A DNA stretch of 64,000 nt, taken from NCBI GenBank assembly GCA_963812235.1, contig CAWEUP010000022.1:50925-114924 (forward strand), given 5' to 3'. The notes under the pieces are model-generated. The model was given only the letters and a program-made list of their open reading frames with translations. It was not told the origin of the DNA and did no database searches. This document shows, one piece after another, positions 20,391 to 30,784 of this stretch. Source of the stretch: an uncultured Actinomycetota bacterium (GTDB taxonomy: Bacteria; Actinomycetota; Actinomycetes; Propionibacteriales; Nocardioidaceae). The translations under genes and the position numbers were made by a program. Within the stretch, counting starts at the first letter, position 1; the number at the start of each line of letters is the position of its first letter.

Positions 20391-20873
20391 ATGCAGATGG
20401 ACAGTTTCACCCACCTCGACGAGTCGGGCAGCGCGCGCATGGTGGACGTCTCCGGCAAGGTCGTCACGGCGCGCTCGGCCACCGCGACCGGCCGGGTGCT
20501 GGTGTCGCCGGCCGTGGTGGAGGCGCTGCGCGGAGCGGGGGTGCCCAAGGGGGATGCCCTCGCGGTCGCCAGGGTCGCCGGGATCATGGCGGCCAAGCGC
20601 ACGCCCGATCTGGTGCCGCTGTGCCATCCGCTCTCGATCTCCGGGGTCACCCTCGACCTGGAGGTCGGCGACGACGCCGTGAGCATCACCGCCACCGTCC
20701 GGACCAACGACCGCACCGGGGTGGAGATGGAGGCGCTGACCGCGGTCAGCGTCGCCGCACTGACCGTGGTCGACATGGTGAAGTCGATCGACAAGGGTGC
20801 GGTGATCACCGACGTGCGTGTGGAGGAGAAGACCGGCGGCAAGAGCGGCACCTATCGCCGGGACTCGCGGTGA
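20391..20873 (+). CDS. moaC: Cyclic pyranopterin monophosphate synthase MoaC
   Basis: ARMVDVSGK, LVPLCHP, TGVEMEAL. Confidence 0.96.
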   Translation: MQMDSFTHLDESGSARMVDVSGKVVTARSATATGRVLVSPAVVEALRGAGVPKGDALAVARVAGIMAAKRTPDLVPLCHPLSISGVTLDLEVGDDAVSITATVRTNDRTGVEMEALTAVSVAALTVVDMVKSIDKGAVITDVRVEEKTGGKSGTYRRDSR

Positions 20874-21349
20874 GCGACTTTCCCGCGGCCGTGGTGGTGG
20901 CGTCGAACCGCGCCGCAGCCGGGGTCTACGAGGACACGACCGGCCCGCTCATCGTCGAGGCGTTGCGGGCTGACGGATGGCAGGTCGGCGAGCCGGTCGT
21001 CGTACCAGACGGAGAGCCGGTGGGGCTGGCCATCTCCGCTGCCGTGGCCGCCGGGGCCCGTGCGGTGCTGACCACCGGCGGCACCGGCCTGACCCCCACC
21101 GACCTCACGCCCGAGGTGACCCGGGCCCTGCTGGATCGCGAGGTCCCAGGCATCGCCGAGGCGGTCCGTGCTCACGGGGTCAGCAAGGGTGTCCCCACCG
21201 CCGCGCTCTCCCGCGGGGTCGCCGGCACGGTCGGTCAGGCGCTGGTGGTGAACCTCCCCGGATCCCGCGGCGGAGTCAAGGACGGCCTTGCTGTCGTCGT
21301 ACCCCTGCTGCGGCACGCGGTGGAGCAGATCGTGGGGAGCGACCATTGA
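20870..21349 (+). CDS. MogA/MoaB molybdenum cofactor biosynthesis protein
   Basis: TTGGTGLTPTDLTPE, NLPGS. Confidence 0.93.
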   Translation: MSDFPAAVVVASNRAAAGVYEDTTGPLIVEALRADGWQVGEPVVVPDGEPVGLAISAAVAAGARAVLTTGGTGLTPTDLTPEVTRALLDREVPGIAEAVRAHGVSKGVPTAALSRGVAGTVGQALVVNLPGSRGGVKDGLAVVVPLLRHAVEQIVGSDH

Positions 21350-21969
21350 ACGTGGGCTGGCCGGTCGTCCTCGAGTCCGGTGAGGTGCGGCTGCGGCCGC
21401 TGAACCAGAAGGACCGCCACGTGTGGCGGCGCGTGCGGCAGGCGAACGCGGCCTGGCTCAGCCGGTGGGACGCGACCGCGCCCACGACCGCCCACGTCCA
21501 GCCGCGCAGCTTCGCCTCGATGGTGCGGCAGATGCGGAACGAGGCCCGGGCCGGTCGGCAGCTGCCGTTCGCGGTCGAGTACCAGGACGACTTCGTCGGC
21601 CAGGTCACGGTCAGCAACATCGTCCGGGGGTCCGCGCAGTTCGCGTCGATCGGCTACTGGGTCGACGAGGCGTACGCCGGACGCGGGATCATCCCGCGGG
21701 CCGTGGCGATGGCGATCGACCACTGCTTCGGCCCCGTGGGCCTGCATCGGATCGAGGTGGCGATCCGCCCCGAGAACACCTCGTCGCTGCGGGTGGTCGA
21801 GAAGCTCGGGATCCAGGAGGTGGGCTTCGCCCCACGATTCCTGCACATCGACGGCGCCTGGCGCGACCATCGGCTGTTCGCGATCACGCGCGAGGAAGTG
21901 CCGAGAGGACTGCTGGAACGGCTCGAATCCGCGGCCAGCCAAGGGAATTCACACCAGTCACAGGAGTGA
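21346..21969 (+). CDS. RimJ-like GNAT N-acetyltransferase
   Basis: IGYWVD, GLHRIEVAIRPENTSSLRVVEKLG, HIDGAWRDH. Confidence 0.9.
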   Translation: MNVGWPVVLESGEVRLRPLNQKDRHVWRRVRQANAAWLSRWDATAPTTAHVQPRSFASMVRQMRNEARAGRQLPFAVEYQDDFVGQVTVSNIVRGSAQFASIGYWVDEAYAGRGIIPRAVAMAIDHCFGPVGLHRIEVAIRPENTSSLRVVEKLGIQEVGFAPRFLHIDGAWRDHRLFAITREEVPRGLLERLESAASQGNSHQSQE

Positions 21970-22030
21970 ACACCCGACACACCGCCCCACCTGCCGAGCC
22001 CGACCGCCGACCGCTCGTATCGTCGTCCAC

Positions 22031-22880
22031 GTGGACCTGTCAGCAATCATCTTCGTGGTGCTCGCGCTTGCGTGGGCCGTCTATCTGATCCCCAAGGCGC
22101 TCAAGCACCACGACGAGATGGCCAGCGATCGGCTGGTCGAGGGTCATTCCGACAAGGTGCGCATCCTCTCGCGGACCCGCACGCGCACGACCGAGGTCGT
22201 CGAGGAGGTGACGGCGATCCCGGTGGGGGAGCCGGTGGCGGAGCCCGAGCCGAGCATCGTCGCGGAGCCCGCGCTGCCGCTGCGGCCCCTGGTGACCCGC
22301 GCCGCGGCCCGCAAGGCCGCTCGTCGTCGCCGCCGGGTCCTGGGACTGCTGGTGCTGGCGCTTGCCGTGGTCTGGGGCCTCACCTGGTTCGCCTACCTGC
22401 CGATCTGGGCGCCGGCCGTGCCCGGGGCGCTCGCGCTGGGTTGGCTGGTGCTCGCCCGGCTCTCGGTCCGCAAGCTGGCCGCACGCACCGCTCAGGTCGC
22501 CACCCCCGTCGCGGTGGTCGCCGCCGAGCCGGTCGCTCCTGCAGCCCCGGCTGCGTCGCCCGCCGTTCCCGAGGTCGTGGTGCCGCTCGTCTCACAGGAC
22601 CTGGTCGACCTGCTCGCCGAGGACACGATCGGCGTCCCTCGGCAGCGAGATCGAGGCGGCGCTGGCCGAGGAGGGCTCCCTGTGGGACCCGCTGCCGATG
22701 ACCCTGCCCACCTACGTCAACAAGGCGCGTGCGCGGCGTACGGTCCGCACGATCGAGCTGACCGGCATCAACAGCTCAGGCCACGACGAGGCCGACAGCA
22801 CCCTCGCGCAGGAGGCCGCCCAGTCCGCGGAGGCCGCCAAGGAGCCCGAGACCGGGCAGCGCCGGGTCGCCGGAGCCTGA
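22031..22880 (+). CDS. GlpR/SepX-like membrane protein, frameshifted
   Basis: N-terminal TM WAVYLIP, RRRR-TM-TM, WDPLPMTLPTYV; conserved position between rimJ and tRNA-Ala. Confidence 0.75.
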
Positions 22881-22938
22881 CACGATTCGGACCAGCGCCC
22901 TGGCGGTGGTAACTTTTCCCTCGCGCTCACGGGCGCAT

Positions 22939-23014
<76 letters not shown>

Positions 23015-23072
23015 TCCGAGGACCCCGTCTCACCTGCAGGAACGTCGCAGTGGGTGCGGGGTTCTCTCGTTG

Positions 23073-24152
23073 TCATTCCCCGCTCCCCGTCTCGCGCGCA
23101 CCCCCCGCGCCCCCCGGGGTGTTCAGACGGTCCAGTCCCGCCCGGTCCGCAGACGAGCCCAGGTGATGCAGGTAGATGTTCGTGGTGGCGATCGAGGCAT
23201 GCCCGAGCCAGGCCTGCACGGTCACCGGATCGACCCCGCGCGCCAGCCACAGGCACGCCGCCGTGTGTCGCAGGTCGTGGATCCGACGACCCGGCGCCGC
23301 CGTCGACCAGCCGACCGACCGCTTCACCGCCGAGGCGTGGAGCCGGTGACCCGTCCTGGTCGTCAGGAGCAGCTCGTCGGGACCCTTGCCCTCGGCGCAG
23401 CGCAGGACCAACGGCAGGACACGGTTCGCCACGGGCACACGGCGGCTCGTGCCGGACTTCGTCACCTTCGCCTCGACTCCCTCGGGAGCGGCTCGGCTGA
23501 CCAGCACCACCGGCATCGGCACCCGGACGAAGTCGCGGACTCGCGCCTCGCGGAGCTCCGACCAACGCAACCCGGTCCACGCAGCCACCAGCAGGACATC
23601 CGCCAAGTGCTCGTCGCGGGCAGCGACCGTCATGTGGAAGGACTCCAGCTCGTCCTCAGCGAACGGCCGGATCTCGGTGCGCATCCCGCGACCCTTGGGC
23701 ACCCGTGTCCGGATCACCGGATTCGATGTGATCAGCCGCTCTCGCACAGCCCAGGCGAAGAACGACGACAATGACGCCCGGAACCGTTTGACCGACGACT
23801 CGGCCAGCCCCGACTGGTTGAGCGCGACCAGCGCCCGCGTGACCTCGCGATCGGTCACCGCGGCGATCTGCAGAGTGGCCAGCGCCGGTGGGACCAGGCG
23901 AACCAGCGCGGCGTCGGAGACGAACGTCTTGCGCGCCACCGAGTGCTCGCGCTCCTCCAACCACTCCGGCAACAGCACCCGGACGGTACGCCGACCCGCT
24001 CGAGGATCCACGCCACCAGCCAGCGCCGCCCGCTCCCGCTCGACCCAAGCAGCGGCTTGACGCCGGGTGTCGAACGTCCTGCTCGCCACCTGCTGACGCC
24101 CTGACTTCACGACGCCGCGCCACCGTCCGGCGGGTGTTTTGCGCACGCTCAT
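23073..24152 (-). CDS. Tyrosine recombinase/integrase
   Basis: TGLRWSE, HDLRHTAA, LGHASIATTNIY catalytic R-H-R-H-Y. Confidence 0.96.
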   Translation of the reverse strand: MSVRKTPAGRWRGVVKSGRQQVASRTFDTRRQAAAWVERERAALAGGVDPRAGRRTVRVLLPEWLEEREHSVARKTFVSDAALVRLVPPALATLQIAAVTDREVTRALVALNQSGLAESSVKRFRASLSSFFAWAVRERLITSNPVIRTRVPKGRGMRTEIRPFAEDELESFHMTVAARDEHLADVLLVAAWTGLRWSELREARVRDFVRVPMPVVLVSRAAPEGVEAKVTKSGTSRRVPVANRVLPLVLRCAEGKGPDELLLTTRTGHRLHASAVKRSVGWSTAAPGRRIHDLRHTAACLWLARGVDPVTVQAWLGHASIATTNIYLHHLGSSADRAGLDRLNTPGGAGGARETGSGE

Positions 24153-24361
24153 GCGGCGTTCCGTTCGAGCCACTCCAGCACGTCCTGCTCGCGGTAGCGA
24201 GGACTGGACTTGCCGAGCCAGTAGACGCGGGGACCGACGCCTTGGGCGCGCCATCGACACAGTGTTGATCGGTTCACCCCCAGCGCCTCGGCCACCTGCG
24301 TCGAGTTCAGCATCTTCGGGAGCCGGACCGTGTCGGCCCGTTTTCTGTCGTTTCCCATCAT
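24149..24361 (-). CDS. Excisionase / AlpA-like HTH protein
   Basis: MLNSTQVAEALGVNRSTLCRWRAQGVGP...RY..DVLEWL; ATGA-coupled to int. Confidence 0.88.
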   Translation of the reverse strand: MMGNDRKRADTVRLPKMLNSTQVAEALGVNRSTLCRWRAQGVGPRVYWLGKSSPRYREQDVLEWLERNAA

Positions 24362-24378
24362 CTTCTCCTCACAGTCGT

Positions 24379-25914
24379 CTAGTGCCGTTCCCGTGTTGTT
24401 GTCTTGCGTTGCTCGGCCTGCCACTGGTCGTACTCGCGGGCTCGTGCGGCTGCGGCGATCGCGAGGACGCGTTCTGCTTCGGTGTCCCATCCGGAGCCGA
24501 CGTAGTGCCAGCTGCCGATGACCAGGGTGGTGTCGGTGTCGTCGTCGGCGAGGAGGTCGGCCTCGAGGGCGGCCAGGTCCAGGGGGCGGCCCTCGGCTCG
24601 TGACTGGCTGATGAGGGCCTGGGCACGTCGACGAGCACGTCGCAGCGCACCGAGCGTGATCGAGTAGCGGCGGGACTTGGAGGCGAAGTGACCGCGGAAG
24701 CCGAGCATGTGGGTCCACTTGCCGAGCAGCTCATAGGAGTTCTCCCCGGCGGTGTCGGCGCGGGCTGCGAGGGCGCGTGCGGTGGTCCGGAGCCTGCGGT
24801 GGTGAGCGGTGTTGCTGGCGCCGGTGTCGGTGGCCGACTTGGTGGCGTACTTCGCCAGGTAGCCGGCGACCTGCCCGGGGACAGGGCCCGGTCGGGGTCG
24901 TCGGTACGGCGGTTGGGTCGGACCGGGCGGGCGTCGAGCTGGCGACCGAAGACCAGGACCCGTGGCGGGTCGGCTGCGTCGACACCGGGGACCCTCAACC
25001 GCACCGAGGCCGCGGCAGCCCGAACGAGCTGGGCGAGCTGCGCGGCGTCGATCCCGGTGGGGGCGGGGGCGAACCCGTCGGGGGTGCGGGGTCCGTCGAG
25101 ACGCACCAGGGCGTGGAAGTGGACCACGCCGCGCAGCTGGTACTCAGCGACCTTGGCGTACTGCACCGTCGCCGACTCGGCCAACCGGGTTGCGGGCACG
25201 CTGCAGGGTCTTGGCCAGGAGCCGGTGCAGCGCGATGGTGAACCGGCGCCACAGGTCCGGTGCCCACCACTGCCACACCAGGTGGGAGGAGTAGTCGTAG
25301 CAGTCGCCGCAGATGGGCTGCCCGAGCGCGGGGTCGTCCTCGCCGTGGTGGGCCAGACAGATCCGTGGCCGGCCGTGTGCGCAGGCCGAGTCGCGGCCTG
25401 GGCGCGGGTGGCAGCGGCGGCCACCATCGCGCCGACCGTGCACGGGCCCGAACGAGGGGGCGGTGAGGGTGGCGAAGACCAGCGGGTTCTCCGCGACCGA
25501 GGCGGGCACGGTCTTGCCGCCGGAGACTCCGGCCCGGATCAGCTGGAACATGTCCGCGGCGTAGAGGCGCGAGCAGGACGGGCACTGGGTCGCGCGGCGG
25601 TTGCCGCAGCGGATGTGGGTGACCCCGAGGGGCTCCTGCTCGCTGCTGTAGGTCGACACGATCTCCCCGGTGACGGCATCGACGCTCTGGGAGCGGCCAC
25701 GGAGCCGGATCGGTTGGGCGCAGTTCCCGACCCGGACCAGGGCCTCGGTCCAGGCGTCGTAGGTCGGGGAGGCGATCAGATCGCTGACCTGCTGCCGGGT
25801 CCGGTCGGTCACCGGCGGGAGGTCTTCGGCTGCCGCGGCGGTGAGCCCGGGGAACACCTCGGGGAACACATAGGGCAGCGTCGAGGCGACAGCTGATCGG
25901 GTCCGTGTGCTCAT
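24379..25914 (-). CDS. repSA: RepSA-family rolling-circle replication initiator, frameshifted
   Basis: CGNRRATQCPSCS, FATLTAPSFGPVH, EYQLRGVVHFHALVRLDG (HUH), YFAKY-type motif 3 (GYLAKYATK), HMLGFRGHFASKSRRYS. Confidence 0.9.
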
Positions 25915-26596
25915 CGGCCCCACCACCCCAAAGGGTGTGCCACGCGGCTAAGTGCGATCCCGCCACGTGACACACCCGGCTCGGGAGGTCCGCAGTGACC
26001 AACTGCAGCAACGATGTCTCGACGCGGGATCGCCTGCAGCCGGGACACAACGAATCAGAGGTTCGAGGACGAAAGTTCGTTTCGTGTGTGCGGCGCTGCG
26101 TGTCTGGCCTCTGGCCATGGTGGGGAGCCGACCCCCGGGGAATGTGCCCCATCAGTTCAAGTCATGTCAGGTCTGGAGTTGTCCTCGCCAACAACCATTA
26201 CACCGACCACCGACAACAAGTGGGTAAGGCGCGCCGACGCCACCCTGGAAAAACGTTCGTATCTGCCGATGATCGGACGTTCCGCCGAAGGCCGCACCTT
26301 CACCGGTCAAGTCGTCATACTCGACAAGTGAAGGTTTCGAAATCCAGGCGCTCCGCCCTGTACGAGTTCGTCACCCTCTCGAGGCCCCACGGCGGAACAC
26401 GCCGCAACGGGATCGAGGCGCTCTTACTGGCTCTGGCGTTTTGCCTTGGGGGTATCTGCTGTCGGCGATCGTTCTCATCGCCATCGCTACCTTCAACTGG
26501 ATCACCAGGCACCGAGTCCCCGAGTCGGACCGGCTAGCAGGGCGAACCTCGACCGTCAGCAAGACGCCCGCATCTGCCGCATAGCGTGCGCGTCAG

Positions 26597-26626
26597 CGCG
26601 CGCGGATCTGCCGCGATCCGCGCGCG
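26597..26626. repeat. Perfect 12-bp GC hairpin
   Basis: CGCGCGCGGATC-tgccgc-GATCCGCGCGCG. Confidence 0.8.
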
Positions 26627-26644
26627 GGATCTGGCGCGCAGCAC

Positions 26645-26674
26645 TTGGATGAACGGTACCGCCCGTAGTACCAT
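26645..26674 (+). promoter_or_regulatory. Candidate hicAB promoter/operator
   Basis: TTGGAT-N18-TACCAT 8 nt before the ATG, overlapped by the inverted repeat GGTAC-N8-GTACC. Confidence 0.5.
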
Positions 26675-26682
26675 CTATCAGG

Positions 26683-26928
26683 ATGGCATCCATAGCCAAG
26701 ATCCTCGAAGCGATGCGTGCGAGCCCGCAGAGCATCAGGTTTGGCGACCTCCACAAGGTGTGCGAGCACTACTTCGGCGAACCGCGCCAGACAGGCGGAT
26801 CGCACGCGGTGTTCAAGACCCCGTGGCCGGGTGACCCACGCGTGAACATCCAGAACGACAAGGGCAAGGCCAAGGCATACCAAGTGCGCCAGGTACTCAA
26901 AGCGATCGAGAAGAAGGAGGCCATGTGA
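26683..26928 (+). CDS. hicA: HicA-like toxin
   Basis: 81 aa, RFGDL..., GGSHAVF, KAYQVRQV; coupled to a HicB gene. Confidence 0.85.
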   Translation: MASIAKILEAMRASPQSIRFGDLHKVCEHYFGEPRQTGGSHAVFKTPWPGDPRVNIQNDKGKAKAYQVRQVLKAIEKKEAM

Positions 26929-27273
26929 TGCAGACCGAAACCCGAGTGGACGTCTCCCACTACACCTACCGCGTTGCATGGTCGGCCGAGGACGGCGAGT
27001 TCGTGGCCACCTGCCTGGAGCTTCCCCTCGCTGTCGTGGCTGGCTGCTTCGCAGGTCGATGCCCTACAAGGCCTCGAGGCCGTAGTGCGTGACGTAGTGG
27101 CGGATATGCATGCTCAGGGCGACCTCATCCCCGAGCCGCTGTCCGACCGGCAGTTCTCCGGGAAGTTCAACGTGCGCGTCGGTGAGCACCTGCACCGCAA
27201 CCTGGCGATGCACGCCGCGGAGGACGGGATGAGCCTCAACCAGTACATCGTGAAGAAGCTCGCCGCCGGCTGA
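26928..27273 (+). CDS. hicB: HicB-family antitoxin, frameshift near 27020
   Basis: YTYRVAWSAEDGEFVATCLE / PSLSWLA...FSGKFNVRVGEHLHRNLA...SLNQY. Confidence 0.88.
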
Positions 27274-27726
27274 GGGCTGAGGGCTGAGGGCGAATCGGTT
27301 ATGAGTTTCCTTACTGGCTCAAGCGCGCCTTCGGCGCGACGCGCTGCGGGCGGCGCTGGCGCGCCGTCCTCATGCGTCAACCAGGCGACAGATACGACGA
27401 GGTGCGTCCCTCGTCACAGCGAGCGTGCGACGATCTGCCACGTCGACTCATCACCCTCAACGACACTCACCATCGAGCCTCCGACCCGATCTCGAACGAT
27501 CTGCGCGCCGGCGCCCGGCATCAAGGGCGCTCAGCGTCGCTGCGCGATGGCCTCCGGCCACCCTTGACCCCAGGCACCACCGTGCAGGCGGGCTGGCTAT
27601 CGGGTCGCTGGCATCCTTCCGGTAGTCCCATCTCGCGCACCCCCGACGCACCCCCGAGGTTGCGTGACAAGCAGCGGTCGCAGCGAATGCACCGCGTCAG
27701 ACCAGCCCAACCAGACGGGCCAAGCC

Positions 27727-27846
<120 letters not shown>

Positions 27847-27879
27847 CCTCGGGGAGCTCCGGTCGCCACCTCGGCCCAC

Positions 27880-28039
27880 CGAGGGCGGCCACATCCCCGA
27901 GCCGCTGTCCGACCGACAGTTCTCTGGGACGCTCGACGTGCGCGTTGGTGAGCACCTGCACCGCAACCTGGCGATGCAAGCCGCGGAGGACGGGATGAGC
28001 CTCCACCAGCATGTCGTGAAGAAGCTCGCCGCAGTCTGA
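27880..28039 (+). pseudogene. hicB: Second, 5'-truncated hicB copy
   Basis: IPEPLSDRQFSGTLDVRVGEHLHRNLAMQAAEDGMSLHQHVVKKLAA nearly matches the 3' half of hicB; downstream GAATCGGTTA also shared. Confidence 0.88.
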
Positions 28040-28297
28040 GGGCTCAGGGACGAATCGGTTACGAGTGCCCATGGTGTCTTGCAGAACGAGGTGGGTTCCC
28101 TTGGGCTGGACTCGTTCACGATCTGACCGACCTTGGTCGTCCACGGGACCGCTGCACTTCACCCAGAATGACGTGCGTCGCCCGATCTTGGCCGGGCGCC
28201 ACCCAGCGGTCCCATCACATCGAGCGACGCGAGGGACCTCGCGACAGCATGGCGGTCGCCTTGTGATTGATGGTCGGATGGTGGCTTGGCGCAGCAA

Positions 28298-28372
28298 TGT
28301 CGACGACGCCTGAAAACTGACCCTGTATCGCCGGGCGGGTTCCAGGGGGTCAGTTTTCGACCGTCGTTGACA
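28298..28372. mobile_element. 75-bp IS21-like miniature element (two ends only)
   Basis: TGTCGACGACGCCTGAAAACTGACCC...GGGTCAGTTTTCGACCGTCGTTGACA imperfect 26-bp terminal IRs with TG...CA ends. Confidence 0.7.
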
Positions 28373-28541
28373 CAGCCGTCCTCCACGACGCAGCGAGCGA
28401 GTTTGAGCCCCTTCGGGGTCAGGCAGGCGTTAGCGTGGGACATGAAGACCTCCGGGGTTGTGAGAATGCGTGGTTGCTTCACACCTCACCCGGAGGTCTT
28501 CATCCATGTCCAGACCGTCACCAACGTGTGTGGTCAGTACA
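28373..28541 (-). mobile_element. IS481-family left-end remnant
   Basis: Minus strand begins TGTACTGACC; transposase start MSHANACLTPKGLKLARCVVEDG cut off at the IS21-like element. Confidence 0.75.
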
Positions 28542-28623
28542 CCTAGGTGCGGACTCCCGGGAGCCCAGCGCGCAGAAGAAGCAGATCATGCAAGCGCCGG
28601 TTACGGCGACGAGCACCATTCTT

Positions 28624-30015
28624 GGCTCTTCACGATCCGGGGTGTAGTCGCGGTCTGAACCCTCCGGACTCGAGCAGTGATCTGGCGATGTAGTTGGTGA
28701 GGTTGCGGAACCCGGGGGCGGAGCCGCGGAGGTGCTCGAGTCGTCGGTTGATCGCTTCGCTTGGTCCGTTGGATGTGCCTGGTCGGTCGAAGTAGGCGAG
28801 CACGTCGTCGGCTCGCTTCTTCAGAGTCCGGCCGAGTGTGACGAGCTCACCGAGCGCAGCGGGGACGCCGTGGCTGAGGGAGGCGATCAGCTTGGTCATC
28901 AGTTCTCGTCCGGCCTTGCGTCGGGGTGTCGGTAGGCGGCGATCATCCGTTGGTAGATCCCCCAGGTCGCCTCGACTGCGACGTGCTCGTCGGCAGCGAA
29001 GAGGTCGCGAAGTCGTTGGGCTTGTTTGTCGGTGAGGAGCTCGGCGCCGGTGTGCGGGGTGCGTCGCGCAGAGTAGAGCGGGTCGTCCTTGTAGCCGCGG
29101 TGGCCGTGGGTGATCTGTTGGATCCGTCGTCGGCACTGGTCCAACGCATCGCCCGCTAGGCGCACGACGTGGAAGGGATCCATCACTGCGACAGCGTCGG
29201 GGAGCTCTTTGGCTGCGGCGGTCTTGAAGCCGGTGAACCCGTCCATCGCGACGACCTCGAGGGCGTCACGCCAGGCTTGCGGCCGGTCGGCGAGCCAGGT
29301 CTTGAACGCCTGCTGGGAATGTCCCTCGACCATGTCCAACAGGCGTGCTGGGCCATTGCCGTCTCGGATTGCGGTGAGGTCGATGATCACGGTGACGTAC
29401 TTGTCGCCGCGCCTGGTGTGTCTCCACACGTGCTCGTCCACGCCGATCGCCATACCCCGTCGAGACGGGTCGGGTCCTCGATCAGGACCCGCTTGCCTTC
29501 GGCCAGGACCGCGTCGTTGGCGGTGTTCCACGCCACTGCGAGTCCCTCAGCGACCCGGGCCACGGTCAGGTGCTGACGCACGATCCCCTCCAGCGCCCAG
29601 CGCAGCCGACGGCGTGAGAGCTTCGCTCGGGGCTCAGCGGCCAGGGTGGTGTCTTGGCGAAACGCGTCGGTGCACCGGTAGCGGCGGACGTGGACCTCGA
29701 GCGTCGTGGGCCGCCATCCCAGCGATTCGTGGGCCAGACGCCGCAGAACGCTGTCGCGAGGCGAACCCTAGCATCCGACTCCACGACCCGGCAGGCCAGA
29801 ACCGCCCGGTCGGGCTTGAGTCGTTGGCCCCCCGACCTCCAACCCGAGCTCACCGAGGCCGCAGAACGTGGTCAGGTCAGGGCAAGCGAAGGTAGCGTCA
29901 GCCACGTCGAGATCTTCCAGATGGGCAGTGTGAGAACTTCCATCGTCGGAAGGCCTCGACGTCTATCCAGCGATCGACGCGCCGACCCGCTCTACACCCT
30001 CAAATGTGAAGAGCC
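28624..30015 (-). mobile_element. ISL3-family insertion sequence with degraded transposase
   Basis: GGCTCTTCAC...GTGAAGAGCC ends; flanks CCATTCTT/CCTTTCTT (7/8 target duplication); IGVDEH, VAMDGF, DPFHVV, SNGPSEAIN, GFRN motifs in several frames. Confidence 0.92.
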
Positions 30016-30033
30016 CCTTTCTTTTCGAAAGAT

Positions 30034-30720
30034 ATGGTGTGCGCTGTGAAGGATGAATCTCGCACGCAAGCCGTCATTTTCGATTTCAATGGCACCTTGT
30101 CGGACGACGAACCAGTGCTTCTCCAGGTCTTCACCGAGCTCTTCGAGGAGCATCTCGGGTGGCGGTTGTCGACAGTGGACTATTTCGAGCGTCTGGCCGG
30201 CCATAGCGATCGGGAGATCATCGAGCTTGCAGTGACACAGCGCATCGGGCGGGCTGCACACCACCCGGAGCTTGTGAGCCAACTGCTCGCGGCGCGACGA
30301 GAGCGGTACCTGCAGCTTGTGGACGAGGAGTGCCCGATTCGCGATCGGTCACAGCAGCTCGTCCACGCTCTTGCCGACGCCAACTGCCCGATGGCGATCG
30401 TTACTGGCGCGCAGCGCGCCGACGTCGACTTCGTGCTCTCCCGAAGCAATGTCGGGCAGCACTTCAAGGGTGTGGTCACCGAGGAGGACGTGCAGCCCGG
30501 CAAGCCACACCCCGAAGGCTTTTTGCGCGGTGCGCAACTGCTCGGGATCAAGCCCACCGATATTCTGGTTTTCGAGGACTCAGTCGTCGGCATTCGAGCC
30601 GCCCAAGCGGCTGAGATGCGTTGCGTCGGCGTCATCGGCACTCACGATGCGGCCACCCTCGCCGACGAAGGCGTGCACACCGTCGAGCAGCTCGGGCCAG
30701 AGCTGATCGCTCTGCTGTGA
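30034..30720 (+). CDS. HAD-family phosphatase (beta-PGM/CbbY-like)
   Basis: IFDFNGTL, IVTG, GKPHPEGF, VFEDS. Confidence 0.88.
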   Translation: MVCAVKDESRTQAVIFDFNGTLSDDEPVLLQVFTELFEEHLGWRLSTVDYFERLAGHSDREIIELAVTQRIGRAAHHPELVSQLLAARRERYLQLVDEECPIRDRSQQLVHALADANCPMAIVTGAQRADVDFVLSRSNVGQHFKGVVTEEDVQPGKPHPEGFLRGAQLLGIKPTDILVFEDSVVGIRAAQAAEMRCVGVIGTHDAATLADEGVHTVEQLGPELIALL

Positions 30721-30784
30721 AAGCCCTCCGCATGGAATGGGGAAGGCCGGCCACGCACGGCTCTAGCCCTGCGATTCGGTGAGG

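Noticed and set aside
27271-27291. TGAGGGC x3 repeat after hicB
   Set aside because: Too short; likely slippage, not an array.
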